A DNA stretch of 64,000 nt. It comes from Verrucomicrobiota bacterium (lineage in GTDB: Bacteria; Verrucomicrobiota; Verrucomicrobiia; Limisphaerales; SXQI01). A program made the translations under genes and the position numbers. Below the pieces are notes generated by a model. That model ran no database searches, was not told the origin of the DNA, and saw only the letters and a list, made by a program, of their open reading frames with translations. The DNA lies in assembly GCA_033762115.1 (NCBI GenBank), contig JANRLX010000103.1:25886-89885 (forward strand), in the 5' to 3' direction. Shown piece after piece: positions 27,533-37,052 of the stretch (its first letter is position 1; each line of letters starts with the position of its first letter).

Positions 27533-27943
27533 TCAGGCGGAGAGCACTTTTTTCACAAGGCGGACCAGGTCCTTGGGAAGAAACGGTTTGGCGATAAACG
27601 CGTCAGGTTGCAAGGTATGCTGACGAAGGATTTCAGTGCCGACATTTCCACTGTAAAGCACGGACCGAAGCCCCGGTTCCAAGTCCTTGCAGCGGGCGAG
27701 CAATTCCATTCCGTTGAGCGGGTGCATCACGTAATCTGTCAGGAGCAGGTCAGGTCGCTCCTCCGCTGTCAGGAATGCCTCGTAGGCATCCTTCGGGTTC
27801 TCGAAATAACGGCATTTGAACCCTTCCATTCCCAGGATCACCTCGACCACTTCTCCGACCATTCGCTCATCATCGACCACGTAAATCGAAGCGCCGCCGA
27901 CGGCTTTGGGGGCTTCAAAAGTTGGTAATGATGCCGTTAGCAT
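27533..27943 (-). CDS. Single-domain response regulator (receiver)
   Basis: YVVDDE, PDLLLTDYVM, YSG, FIAKPF. Confidence 0.9.
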   Translation of the reverse strand: MLTASLPTFEAPKAVGGASIYVVDDERMVGEVVEVILGMEGFKCRYFENPKDAYEAFLTAEERPDLLLTDYVMHPLNGMELLARCKDLEPGLRSVLYSGNVGTEILRQHTLQPDAFIAKPFLPKDLVRLVKKVLSA

Positions 27944-28159
27944 ACGGCCCTCAGTCCTAACATATCGGGCTCCCCCCGCAAGGAATAAAAATGAGAAATT
28001 TTTGCGTGCGAAAAATCGATAAAATCCCCTGACTTTTCACCTGATTTGGATGATTCAACCGATCAGGAACCTTGAAATAAAACTGAGTTTTCAGAAGGCT
28101 GAGGTGTTGGTTGGCATGCAATGCCCCACTGTTCCATAGAATGGTTGGTCAACTCCCCC

Positions 28160-29317
28160 TCAATTGTTTGTGCTTAGGGGCGATGGGTGGTCAGCGGCCA
28201 CGCTGGCAGCAAGTTTTTCCAGGTAATATGCGGCGTCTGTTTTGGCTTTGTCGGAAAGTGCCAGCGCGGGAACTATCGCAAATGGCTTGAACTGGCGCAT
28301 GGGTGAATCCGCCGCATTCAATTTTTCGAGGACTCCCGGCCCAAGAATTCCGGCAAAGGCCAGGCACGGTTTTTCAAGTTCTTCACACAGTTGCGCGATG
28401 TGCCCCACTCCCTTACCCATGAGCGTTTGCGCATCAATCGCCCCTTCTCCCGTCAGGACAATCGCGGCTTCCTGCACCCGCTCCCTGATTTTGGAAAGAC
28501 CGCTGAAGAGGTCTGCGCCTGACTCGAAAACTCCGCCGAGAAATGCCTTTAATCCATACGACAATCCGCCCGCCGCGCCTGTTCCCGGTTCAGCAGACAA
28601 CGGGCTGTTGCGCAACTGATCCATGCATGCGGCCAGCTGCCCCAGGCAACTTTCCGCCTGCGGATAATCCTCCGGGCGCACTCCCTTTTGCGGCCCATAA
28701 ATACGAGTTGCCCCATTCATTCCGAGCAAGGGATTCTGCACATCGACAGCGACGATCAGTTCCTCGAATTGAAGTTCTCTTGCAGGTGGCTCGACCCGCT
28801 TCAATTCAGAGAGCCCGGTCCATCGGGTGATTTCATTGCCTTGCTGATCAAGGAATCGCCAGCCAAGGGCATGGGCCAGGCCGAACCCGCCATCATTCGT
28901 CGAACTCCCGCCGACACCCACGAGGCATTTCCGCGCACCGACCGATGCGGGGGCACGAAAGAGCGCACCAAGGCCGAAGGTGTCCAGTTCAAAGGGATGA
29001 AACTTTCCCGGTGGAAGCAAAGCCAGCCCGTTAACGTCCGCAGTCTCAATGATTGCCAGTCCTTCCTCCGGGGCGAACCAGAAACTGGCTTCACGCGGGC
29101 GATGCGCAGCATCGACTGTGGTGACAGTGCGCCTCTCCGCCTTCAACAGGGCGGCAAAGACAGGGCCAAATCCATCGCCTCCATCGCTCATCGGCACCAG
29201 TTCCAGTTGATCGCCGGGATGAACAGATTGCCAGCCACGGGCAATCGCCTGTGCGGCGGCGGTCGCGGTCAGAGTGCCCTTGAATTTATCCGGGACGACA
29301 AGGATGCGCCTGCTCAT
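28160..29317 (-). CDS. Glycerate kinase (GlxK/GarK family)
   Basis: PDKFKGTL, SDGGDG, GGSSTNDGG, DVQNPLLG, YGPQKG, GAAGG, TGEGAIDAQTLMGK; ATGA overlap with the kaiC stop. Confidence 0.93.
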   Translation of the reverse strand: MSRRILVVPDKFKGTLTATAAAQAIARGWQSVHPGDQLELVPMSDGGDGFGPVFAALLKAERRTVTTVDAAHRPREASFWFAPEEGLAIIETADVNGLALLPPGKFHPFELDTFGLGALFRAPASVGARKCLVGVGGSSTNDGGFGLAHALGWRFLDQQGNEITRWTGLSELKRVEPPARELQFEELIVAVDVQNPLLGMNGATRIYGPQKGVRPEDYPQAESCLGQLAACMDQLRNSPLSAEPGTGAAGGLSYGLKAFLGGVFESGADLFSGLSKIRERVQEAAIVLTGEGAIDAQTLMGKGVGHIAQLCEELEKPCLAFAGILGPGVLEKLNAADSPMRQFKPFAIVPALALSDKAKTDAAYYLEKLAASVAADHPSPLSTNN

Positions 29318-30828
29318 TCCTCCTCTTTGAAAAGTTCCCCGAGCGTTTCTATTTCGCTGGCAGGGCTGTGTCGCGGATGACCGGAAAGGATCCCGGTGAC
29401 CTGGCGAAAAGGTTTGCCGAGGTGCATTCCCTTCGAGTCGATGGTGAATTCACGAATATCCTTGTCGTGCATCGAACCGCGCATTTTCAAAACGGTAAGC
29501 CCGCGTCGCATTTCGCCGAACATTTCCACATAACGCAGGAGAATGATCGAGTCTGTAATGGTGGAAATGTGCGCTTCGGTGACTGATGCGCCACCAAGGA
29601 GTGTGGGAGTGGTGGCGGTAAAAAGACCGGCAATTTCCTGGTGCTTGATAAATGAGGTGAGCCCAATCACGAATTCCCGGAAATTCCGCACGGATGTGAC
29701 CCGCTCCAGCGCAGATAAGCTATCAACAGCAACGCGTTGCGGTTTGTATTCTTCCATCACCCGTTTCATGGAGATGAGATGGTCCTCCATTCCCGCCACT
29801 TCCGGGTAGGTGCACACCACCTTGAGCAATCCCCGATTTTCATAATCCGCGAAATCGACTCCCCAGCCGTTGGAATTGCGGAACAGCTGCTCACGGCTTT
29901 CCTCAAAGGCAAAGAGCAGGCAGCGTTCTCCAGCGGCGGCCCCTCCGCCGAGGAATTCCGTGGCCAAAAGCGTTTTGCCAGTGCCAGTGGCCCCTGAAAT
30001 CAGGATGATCGAATCCCGAAAAAAACCGCCGCCACACATCCGGTCCAGTTCGGCGCTGCCGGAATTGATGCGAAAATTCGAGCTTTTCTGTTTCAGTTCG
30101 ATGGCGGCGAGGGGAATGACTTCGATCCCCTGCTCCGGAGTGATGGTAAAAGGGTATTCCCCTTTTTGATGATTTGTGCCACGGAACTTCAGGATTTCGA
30201 TGGTGCGGCGCCGTTTCTCCTGCTCCAGGACGTTCCTGAGGATGATGACATTGTCCGCGACAAATTCCTCCACGCTGTAGCGGGCGATTTCGCCATATTC
30301 CTCAACCCGTTCACAGGTCATGACCGTGGTCATGCTTTTGGTGCGAAGGTGGTTGGAAATCCGGAACAGATCGCGGCGAACGATGGTGCTGTCGGTGAAT
30401 TGGGTGAAGATCGCGCCGAGGGAATCCAGTGCAGCGCGACGCGCCTGAATGCGGTTCAGGGCATGGTCGATGCGCAGCATCAAGGCTCCCAGGTCGAACT
30501 CTCCCACAACAACCATCGGTTCACCGGGAGGAGGCGAAGCATCCACAAAAATCCATTTGCCTTCCTTTTCCCAGGTGGTGATCGGCCAGCCGAAAGCCTG
30601 CATGTTGCGGCGGATATCCTCAGCCGATTCCTCGAACGTGACAAAGACGCCGGGCTGATTGAACTTTTTGATCCCTTCCGCGAGGAATTGTGCTGCAAAG
30701 ACAGTTTTGGCGCTTCCTGCAGTACCGCACACCAGGGTGGTGCGCCCCTCGGGAAGACCGCCAGCGGCAATCAGGTCAAAGCCATTGATTCCGGTCGGGT
30801 TCTTCTGAATCGCTATCGTTTCGTTCAT
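29314..30828 (-). CDS. kaiC: Circadian clock protein KaiC (double RecA domain)
   Basis: CI GTAGSAKT/TFEES/KFRG; CII GATGTGKT/AFEES/KMRGS; SVTEAHISTITDSIILLRYVE (T426/S431/T432 equivalents); A-loop-like GILSGHP. Confidence 0.95.
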   Translation of the reverse strand: MNETIAIQKNPTGINGFDLIAAGGLPEGRTTLVCGTAGSAKTVFAAQFLAEGIKKFNQPGVFVTFEESAEDIRRNMQAFGWPITTWEKEGKWIFVDASPPPGEPMVVVGEFDLGALMLRIDHALNRIQARRAALDSLGAIFTQFTDSTIVRRDLFRISNHLRTKSMTTVMTCERVEEYGEIARYSVEEFVADNVIILRNVLEQEKRRRTIEILKFRGTNHQKGEYPFTITPEQGIEVIPLAAIELKQKSSNFRINSGSAELDRMCGGGFFRDSIILISGATGTGKTLLATEFLGGGAAAGERCLLFAFEESREQLFRNSNGWGVDFADYENRGLLKVVCTYPEVAGMEDHLISMKRVMEEYKPQRVAVDSLSALERVTSVRNFREFVIGLTSFIKHQEIAGLFTATTPTLLGGASVTEAHISTITDSIILLRYVEMFGEMRRGLTVLKMRGSMHDKDIREFTIDSKGMHLGKPFRQVTGILSGHPRHSPASEIETLGELFKEEE

Positions 30829-31115
30829 CCGTTTGACTTTTGTTCTGGCATGATCCCGATACTGATCAGGATCTTCTGGATATTCGTAAAATCTCCTATC
30901 AGGCGGCGCAATGGTTGCGGTTCACATTTGATGAGCATTGGCACTGCAAGGACATGGTTTTTCTCCAACTCCTCAGGGTGAAGGTCAATGTCCACCACTT
31001 CGAGTTCGAAGCCAGAGGTTAGATGTGTGGAAAAGCCCTGGTTCAAGCGTTGCACAAGGTTTTGGTTTCCCTCCTGTCCGCCTTTGATAAATAGCTTGAA
31101 CCGGTATGAACTCAT
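30825..31115 (-). CDS. kaiB: KaiB-family protein
   Basis: YRFKLFI...FELEVVDIDLHPE..E...VLAVPMLIK..PQPLRRLIGD; 4-nt overlaps with both neighbours. Confidence 0.88.
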   Translation of the reverse strand: MSSYRFKLFIKGGQEGNQNLVQRLNQGFSTHLTSGFELEVVDIDLHPEELEKNHVLAVPMLIKCEPQPLRRLIGDFTNIQKILISIGIMPEQKSNG

Positions 31116-32209
31116 GCCCGCCCGGACACCGCGCTTCTCCTGCGATAAATCGCCAGCAGTTGTCCCATCAATTCAATTAATAAAAATCTTCCGACACGCA
31201 CATACGGTTTGGCTTTTGCAGATTCCCCCAGGTGACCCACCCTGGCGGTGATCGTCCCATGATGCAGTCGCACCACATCCCTCGGACCCGCCAGCCCGGC
31301 TGCCAGTTCCTCGGAAATGACCCTGAGCCGCTCGGAAATATTATGCTCCACCTTATAGGTTTCCTGCTCCAGTTTCAGTTGCAACACTTCCCAATATTGC
31401 TGGAGCAGTTGTTCCCATTCCTGGGCGCCAAACTTTTGTTCAACCTCAGAGAACTGTTCAAGAGAACGAATTTCCCCCTGGTAGGAGGATTCCTGAGCTT
31501 GTAATTCCGTAACATCGGTAATGATCATTGCCTCGGCTGCATTCCCTCCCCAGGTCAGCGGATGCCGCACAACCGTGACTTGCAGACGCGCTCCGTTTTT
31601 GTCCTGGTGCACCGCGGATTCTTCATCTCCCTCCCGCCGGCTGCTGATGATCAGGTCGGCTTCATTGAGATGGGTCAGTTCCTCCTGTGAATAGCCGTAA
31701 AGGCGGAATGCAGCAGGATTTGCCAGCAGGATTTTCCGCTCTTTCGCATCGGCAATCCATACCGGCAACGGATTGCTTTCAAAAAAGGTCCGGTACCGCC
31801 CTTCGCTTTCCCGCAGTTGCTTCAAGGTCTGGTTATGGCGCAGGTACGCTCGAATGCGCGCGATCAGTTCGCGATTGGTCAGTGGATGGACCAGGTAACC
31901 ATCCGCTCCCTGTTCAAGCCCTTCGACAAAGTCATCCTCACGGGTACTCAGCGCGGTGAGATGCACGATGAATAAATGCCGGAGTAAAGGGTCCGCCCGG
32001 ATCAGTTTGACCACTTCAAAGCCGCTCATGTCCGGCAACTGCACATCAAGCAAAACAAGATCCGGCTGAAGCGAGGCTGCCTTCTCCAGGGCTTCTTTCC
32101 CGGAGCTGGCAACGGTTACCTGGTATCCAGCCGAAGAGATGATCCGCGAGAGTGCATAGCGCGTCGGTTCATCATCATCCACAATCAGGATTTTTTCGGC
32201 GGGATTCAT
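31112..32209 (-). CDS. Receiver-PAS protein with a KaiA-like C-terminal domain (KaiA3-like)
   Basis: REC (IVDDD, LLDVQLPDMSG, GADGYLVHP), PAS (YRTFFESNPLPV..ANPAA..LYGYS..EL) and C-terminus YWEVL...PRDVVRLH...GRFLLIELMGQLLAIYRRRS; coupled to kaiB. Confidence 0.8.
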   Translation of the reverse strand: MNPAEKILIVDDDEPTRYALSRIISSAGYQVTVASSGKEALEKAASLQPDLVLLDVQLPDMSGFEVVKLIRADPLLRHLFIVHLTALSTREDDFVEGLEQGADGYLVHPLTNRELIARIRAYLRHNQTLKQLRESEGRYRTFFESNPLPVWIADAKERKILLANPAAFRLYGYSQEELTHLNEADLIISSRREGDEESAVHQDKNGARLQVTVVRHPLTWGGNAAEAMIITDVTELQAQESSYQGEIRSLEQFSEVEQKFGAQEWEQLLQQYWEVLQLKLEQETYKVEHNISERLRVISEELAAGLAGPRDVVRLHHGTITARVGHLGESAKAKPYVRVGRFLLIELMGQLLAIYRRRSAVSGRA

Positions 32210-32230
32210 ATTAGGGTCGCAGGCCGGAAT

Positions 32231-33292
32231 CTAATTTGGCCAGCGCCCATTCGGCATCGGTTTCGGGGCAAATGCGGAAGGATCAAGCACCAGATGCTTG
32301 ATCATGCGGCGGTTCCAGGTGTAGGTGACATGGACCATCCGGTCCGCAGTCTGGATGACCGCTGGATAGGAGAATTCAGAGCCGGGACTGTTTTCCAGGA
32401 CGGCTACTGCTGACCATTTTTTGCCGTCGGTTGAAATTGCCACATTCAGTACGCCGCGTCCCTGGGTGGTGTGGTTGTACACGAGCAACTGCCTGCCATC
32501 ACGCAGGCGCAATCCATCAATGCCACTGTTGGGGTTCGGCAGGTCTGTCTTGGTCATGCGCCCCCATGTTTTGCCCCAATCGCTGCTCCAGGCTTCTGCA
32601 ATGGCATCCTGTTTGGTGCGGGCAAGGATCTGCAATACCCCGTCATTGTGTTCGAGAATGGTCGGTTGGATCGCGCCAAAATCAATCGAACGATTAATCG
32701 AATCGGTTTTGGTCCATTCCTTGAAATTTTTGGTTCGTTCCATGTGAACGCGCCAGCCATTGTCCTCCGTGCTGGAACCGCTGAGAATCGTGCCGTCCGG
32801 AAGTTGAATCGGCTTGTTTTTGATCGGGCCCAGGATGCCATCCGGCAGGCGCTTTGCCCTGGACCAGGTGCGGCCATTGTCTTTCGAGGTTTTCATCATT
32901 CCCCACCAGTTTTCGGGGGAGGGACCTTCCTTGTAGAACAGGGTCAATGGACCATCCTTTGGGCGAAACAGCACCGGGTTCCATAACGGATAACGCACCC
33001 GTTCCTCGTCATTCTGACCGTTGGCGACTTCCACAGGCGCTGACCATCCATTCCCTTCATTTCGTGAAAGCCAGATGCTCACATCCAGGTTTCCTTCATC
33101 ACTTCCCCCGAACCAGGCCGCTATCAAAACATCCATCGATTCAACCAGGGTGGAGGCATGGCAGGAGGGGGTGGGCATGGGGTTGGCGATGTATTCGCTG
33201 GAAACGATGGTCTGGCCGCTGCGTTGAGCCCAGGACCAGTGTGGAAGGGTCCAGGCAGCCAGCAGCGCAAAAAGGAGGCGCAAATTCTTCAT
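32231..33292 (-). CDS. Secreted sialidase-family (BNR repeat) protein
   Basis: SCHASTLVE, AWFGGSDEG, Asp-box repeats SKDNGRTW/SSDWGKTW/STDGKKW, GPIKNKP, LPNPNSG, EFSYP. Confidence 0.88.
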   Translation of the reverse strand: MKNLRLLFALLAAWTLPHWSWAQRSGQTIVSSEYIANPMPTPSCHASTLVESMDVLIAAWFGGSDEGNLDVSIWLSRNEGNGWSAPVEVANGQNDEERVRYPLWNPVLFRPKDGPLTLFYKEGPSPENWWGMMKTSKDNGRTWSRAKRLPDGILGPIKNKPIQLPDGTILSGSSTEDNGWRVHMERTKNFKEWTKTDSINRSIDFGAIQPTILEHNDGVLQILARTKQDAIAEAWSSDWGKTWGRMTKTDLPNPNSGIDGLRLRDGRQLLVYNHTTQGRGVLNVAISTDGKKWSAVAVLENSPGSEFSYPAVIQTADRMVHVTYTWNRRMIKHLVLDPSAFAPKPMPNGRWPN

Positions 33293-33345
33293 ACCCAAGT
33301 TCATAAAACAGGAGCCATCATCAATACAAGCAAGAGCGCACAAAT

Positions 33346-34002
33346 TTAATGGTCCAGCGTGGTGATCCCCTCACGAATGGCATATTTTGTCAGCTCGGCA
33401 ACCGTATAAATTTCCAGTTTGTCCATCAAATGCTGGCGATGCGTTTCCACGGTTTTTGCACTGAGATGCAACTCAGCGGCAATTTCCTTGGTTCCTTTCC
33501 CTTCGGACATCAATTGCAGAACTTCCCGTTCCCGTTCAGTCAGGCGGGGGGTGATAAGCAATTCAGGTGAGCTGGTTTGGAGCATGAAATCCTCCACATC
33601 AAGTCCCGCGATTTTTGGCAGGACATAAGTTTGTTCCCGGACCACTGTGCGAATGGCATTTGCCAAATCCTCCAGGGCTGCGTCCTTGAGGATGTACCCG
33701 GAAGCGCCCGCGCGAAACATTTCCACAACAAACTGTTTGTCCGAGTGCATGGAAAGCGCCACCACCTTTGTGCCGGGGCTGCGGGAAATAATTTGCCGGG
33801 TGGCGTCAATGCCGTTCAGGTCTGGCATGGACACATCCATCACCACAATGTCAGGAGACAATTTTTGAGTCAGTTGAATGGCGGTGCGGCCGTTCTCAGT
33901 TTGTGCAATCACTGACAGGCCCGCATGTTTTTCCAGCAATGAAGCGAGCCCCTCGCGCATGAGTTTATGATCATCCACGAGTATAATCCGAATATTCATC
34001 AA
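33346..34002 (-). CDS. NarL/LuxR-family DNA-binding response regulator
   Basis: LVDDH, MDVSMP, LSMH, GYILK, LTEREREVL..KEIAAELHLSAKTVETHR. Confidence 0.95.
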   Translation of the reverse strand: MMNIRIILVDDHKLMREGLASLLEKHAGLSVIAQTENGRTAIQLTQKLSPDIVVMDVSMPDLNGIDATRQIISRSPGTKVVALSMHSDKQFVVEMFRAGASGYILKDAALEDLANAIRTVVREQTYVLPKIAGLDVEDFMLQTSSPELLITPRLTEREREVLQLMSEGKGTKEIAAELHLSAKTVETHRQHLMDKLEIYTVAELTKYAIREGITTLDH

Positions 34003-36215
34003 CCTGCTCCTCCTGTTTCGTTCAGCTTGAGGGGAGCAATCAAGGTAATCCGTGTTCCTCTCCCCTCCTCGGAGCGAATCTTAACCTGCCCTCCCAAATA
34101 TTCAACGCGTTCCCGAATATTAAACAATCCAAACCCGCTGCCTGAATCGCTTCGCACCTGGATCGTCGCCGGATCAAAACCCAGCCCATCATCCTCGATC
34201 AGGATCCGGATCGCATCACTGTCACGCCGGATCAGCACCTGCGCATGGGTGGCGTGCGCATGCTTGACCACATTGACCAGCAATTCACGAACCGCCTGAA
34301 AAAGCACAATGCGAAAATCTTCATCCAGCGGCTTGGGCTGGCCATCATCCTGGAAACGCATCGACAATCCATGCTCCTGCTTGAACTTTCGCGCCAGCCA
34401 TTCGACTGCTGGCACCAGCCCCAACTCATAAAGCACCGGCGGACTCAGTTCAAAGGTGAGGGAACGGGTGTCCACAATCGCCTGTTCGATCAACGCCCGA
34501 ATTTCGCTCAACTGATTGTCTGCGCCATTGCCATTATTGGACTGGCTGTAAGTGCCCAGCTTTAATCGGGCAAAAGCAAGGGTCTGGCCGATCCGGTCGT
34601 GAAGGTTGGTGGCAATGGAGCGCCGTTCCCTTTCTTCGCTCAGGGAAAGTTCCGAGGCCAGGGATTGCAGCCGCTCCTGGTAGGCGATCAGCTTCTCCTC
34701 ATTTTTTTTCCGTTCGTTGATGTTCTCGATCATTGCCACCGCAAAAAGTGGCCGCTGCTCGGGGTCACGGATCAGGGACATGGTCAGGTGCCCCCAGACC
34801 ATGGATTTGCGCCGCGTGATAAAACGTTGTTCCACCTGGAGACTTTCCATTTCCCCATCAAAGAGATTGGAGGTGTCCAATTGCTCATGCCCATCTCCCG
34901 GCCAGGTAATCTGGCTGAAATGCTGGCCCAGCAATTCCTTTTCACTGTAACCCAGCATGCGGCAAAACGCATTGTTGACCTTGGTGATCTCCATCTGCAC
35001 ACCACAAAGAAGCATGGCAATCGGACCTTCCTCGAAAATTTTTCGGAACGCCTCTTCACTTTCGCGCAACGCTTTTTCGACCTGCATCCGTTCAGTCACA
35101 TCCCGCGCAATGACGAGATAACGTTCCGGTTCTCCCCTCTCGATATTTAAGGGGCTGACAATCACGTGCCACCATTTTGGAGTGCCTTTGAGAGTGGGCC
35201 AGTAGGCATGGAACGTGGCCTGTTTCTGCTGTTTCGCATCTTCAAAAGCCGCCACTGCCGCGTCAAAATCCGCGCCGGTGAAGGAATTGAGCCAGGAACG
35301 GTCCTCCAGTGCCCCTTCCCCAAGCTCAATCAATTCACGTCCTTTTTCATTGATGAATTTGATGGAACCTTTCCTGTCCAGCAGCGCAATGCAATCGTTA
35401 TTGCAATGAATGACTTTTTCATTCAGTTCCTGGGTGGAGCGGAGGTGCCATTCCACCTCCTCACGCCGCCTGACTTCCAGTTCCAGTTCCCTCCGTGCCT
35501 CTTCGCATTCAGCCGCCCGTGAATGCGATTCATGGGCAAAATGGGTGATGAACGGCAGCAGAAGCGCGGCAATGATTCCGCCTGCCAGCGCCAGCTCCGG
35601 GATGGGAGAGCGGAGCGTGGGGACTAACCCTTCCCAAAGCTGAAGGGTTCCCAATGCAATGGAAAGCCCAACCGGCAGGGGAATCCATGCCGGAAACGGG
35701 CTGTGCGGAGAACGCCCCTGCAACCAGGCAGCCCGAAAAACCGGCGCCGCCTGAAACAGGAACCCGAGCGCCAGCGAAAGGGTCATGTACCCGCCCTCGC
35801 GAACCGGCGCAAAGAGCGCGAGGGCGATTGAAGTGAACCCCAGCGCTAGCGTCACTGAGGAGGTAAGCCCCAGCAACCGGATCCGATTGGAAATGGTTTG
35901 CGGAATTCCGAGAATGATCGATCCCAGGGCTCCCAGGACCAGGGCAAGAAGTTCTCCACCCATCTTTTCCACTCCGAAATAACCCACCCCAGTGACAGCT
36001 ACAATCGCGGCGGCGCTTCCAGAAAGCAGTTGCAGCCGCGGAACCTGCTCCAATAATTGCCCGAGCCCAAGCCACACCAGCCCAAAAGCAATCCACCGTT
36101 CCGGCGTGGAAGCTCCAGCCACCACCTGCCATCCTGCCAGGAAAATCACCGCCAGTGCGCATCCGCTTGCAAAGGCGCTTTTATCCAGCAATCGATTTTG
36201 GTCACACTGGCTCAT
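33999..36215 (-). CDS. Membrane-bound PAS-PAS sensor histidine kinase (HisKA_3/NarX type)
   Basis: N-terminal TM bundle, two PAS/PAC domains, EERERRSIATNLHD, ELLVNVVKHA, DDGLGF, GFGL; ATG 36215 overlaps the upstream stop (ATGA). Confidence 0.92.
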   Translation of the reverse strand: MSQCDQNRLLDKSAFASGCALAVIFLAGWQVVAGASTPERWIAFGLVWLGLGQLLEQVPRLQLLSGSAAAIVAVTGVGYFGVEKMGGELLALVLGALGSIILGIPQTISNRIRLLGLTSSVTLALGFTSIALALFAPVREGGYMTLSLALGFLFQAAPVFRAAWLQGRSPHSPFPAWIPLPVGLSIALGTLQLWEGLVPTLRSPIPELALAGGIIAALLLPFITHFAHESHSRAAECEEARRELELEVRRREEVEWHLRSTQELNEKVIHCNNDCIALLDRKGSIKFINEKGRELIELGEGALEDRSWLNSFTGADFDAAVAAFEDAKQQKQATFHAYWPTLKGTPKWWHVIVSPLNIERGEPERYLVIARDVTERMQVEKALRESEEAFRKIFEEGPIAMLLCGVQMEITKVNNAFCRMLGYSEKELLGQHFSQITWPGDGHEQLDTSNLFDGEMESLQVEQRFITRRKSMVWGHLTMSLIRDPEQRPLFAVAMIENINERKKNEEKLIAYQERLQSLASELSLSEERERRSIATNLHDRIGQTLAFARLKLGTYSQSNNGNGADNQLSEIRALIEQAIVDTRSLTFELSPPVLYELGLVPAVEWLARKFKQEHGLSMRFQDDGQPKPLDEDFRIVLFQAVRELLVNVVKHAHATHAQVLIRRDSDAIRILIEDDGLGFDPATIQVRSDSGSGFGLFNIRERVEYLGGQVKIRSEEGRGTRITLIAPLKLNETGGAG

Positions 36216-36871
36216 GAATGGCTTGTTCGTGCACTGTTTCTGCTGTCCCACACCGGTGCTCGCTGTTTGAAACGAAGCATCCTGCAAAAGGCTGGAAGGC
36301 CAATCAGTCCGATGCCGCCCAATTCAAATACCCAGTTCAATTTCACCCCGCCCGGTGAAAATCCAAGGAGCTGGTCCACGTGATGAAAAGAAGAAGCACG
36401 AATCAACACGAAGATTCCAAGAAAAATCGCTCCTGCCAGTGGAATTTTATTTTCCCGCAAACTATGCCGGGTGAAAAAAAGCAGCGCTCCAAGGGCCAGC
36501 AAGCCGCCCAGGGCCACACCCAAAATAAAAACTCCCTGCAGTATCCGCCGGTACTCGTACCACCCACCCTCTCTTGCCAGGTTGCGAATCGACAGTGTCA
36601 GCCAGGTTTGCAAATCCAGTTGCTTGTTGATTCCCAATGCGAACAGGAGCAGTGCCAGCGAAAGCCAGAAAATCCGGTTTGATCCACCCTCCCTGCTGCC
36701 GTCCGATTTCGATTGGAACCACAGCGCAAGGCAAACAGTGGAGGAAAACAGATACGCAGCAACGGTCAACCAGCCCATGACGCTTGGATCACCGATTCCC
36801 GGCGTCCATCGATCTGCGTCAGTAAATGCAAGCAGTGCATGGTCGGACCATCTCGACACTTTCTCCGACAT
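36212..36871 (-). CDS. Conserved hypothetical integral membrane protein
   Basis: Several TM helices; WTPGIGDP, GINKQLDLQT, IRASSFHHVD; coupled to the kinase gene. Confidence 0.75.
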   Translation of the reverse strand: MSEKVSRWSDHALLAFTDADRWTPGIGDPSVMGWLTVAAYLFSSTVCLALWFQSKSDGSREGGSNRIFWLSLALLLFALGINKQLDLQTWLTLSIRNLAREGGWYEYRRILQGVFILGVALGGLLALGALLFFTRHSLRENKIPLAGAIFLGIFVLIRASSFHHVDQLLGFSPGGVKLNWVFELGGIGLIGLPAFCRMLRFKQRAPVWDSRNSARTSHS

Positions 36872-37008
36872 AAAACTCCTCCTGTGACTTCACTCTATCT
36901 TGGATCGCTGTTTCATATCAAGGGGTGGAGCAGTTCTTTATTTTGAATCCTGAAAATGGGATTCGAGTCATTTTATAGGGCAGGTCGCTGGATTTTTATC
37001 GAATGCCT

Positions 37009-37037
37009 TTGACCTGTGGAGCACACCTGAGTAAATC
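37009..37037 (+). promoter_or_regulatory. Putative sigma-70 promoter of the tol-pal operon
   Basis: TTGACC-N17-TAAATC. Confidence 0.4.
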
Positions 37038-37052
37038 CTTTGAATTGCATTC

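Noticed and set aside
27961..27990. Second sigma-28-like promoter (CCCGATAT) before the lone receiver; similar weak one near 36915-36940
   Set aside because: The -35 or -10 element or spacing deviates too far from TAAA-N15-GCCGATAA to support a call.
28128..28155. Possible dif site (...GTTGGTCAACT) near the skew inversion
   Set aside because: Only a partial match to a XerD arm; no CATAA-N6-TTATG core or XerC-like arm.
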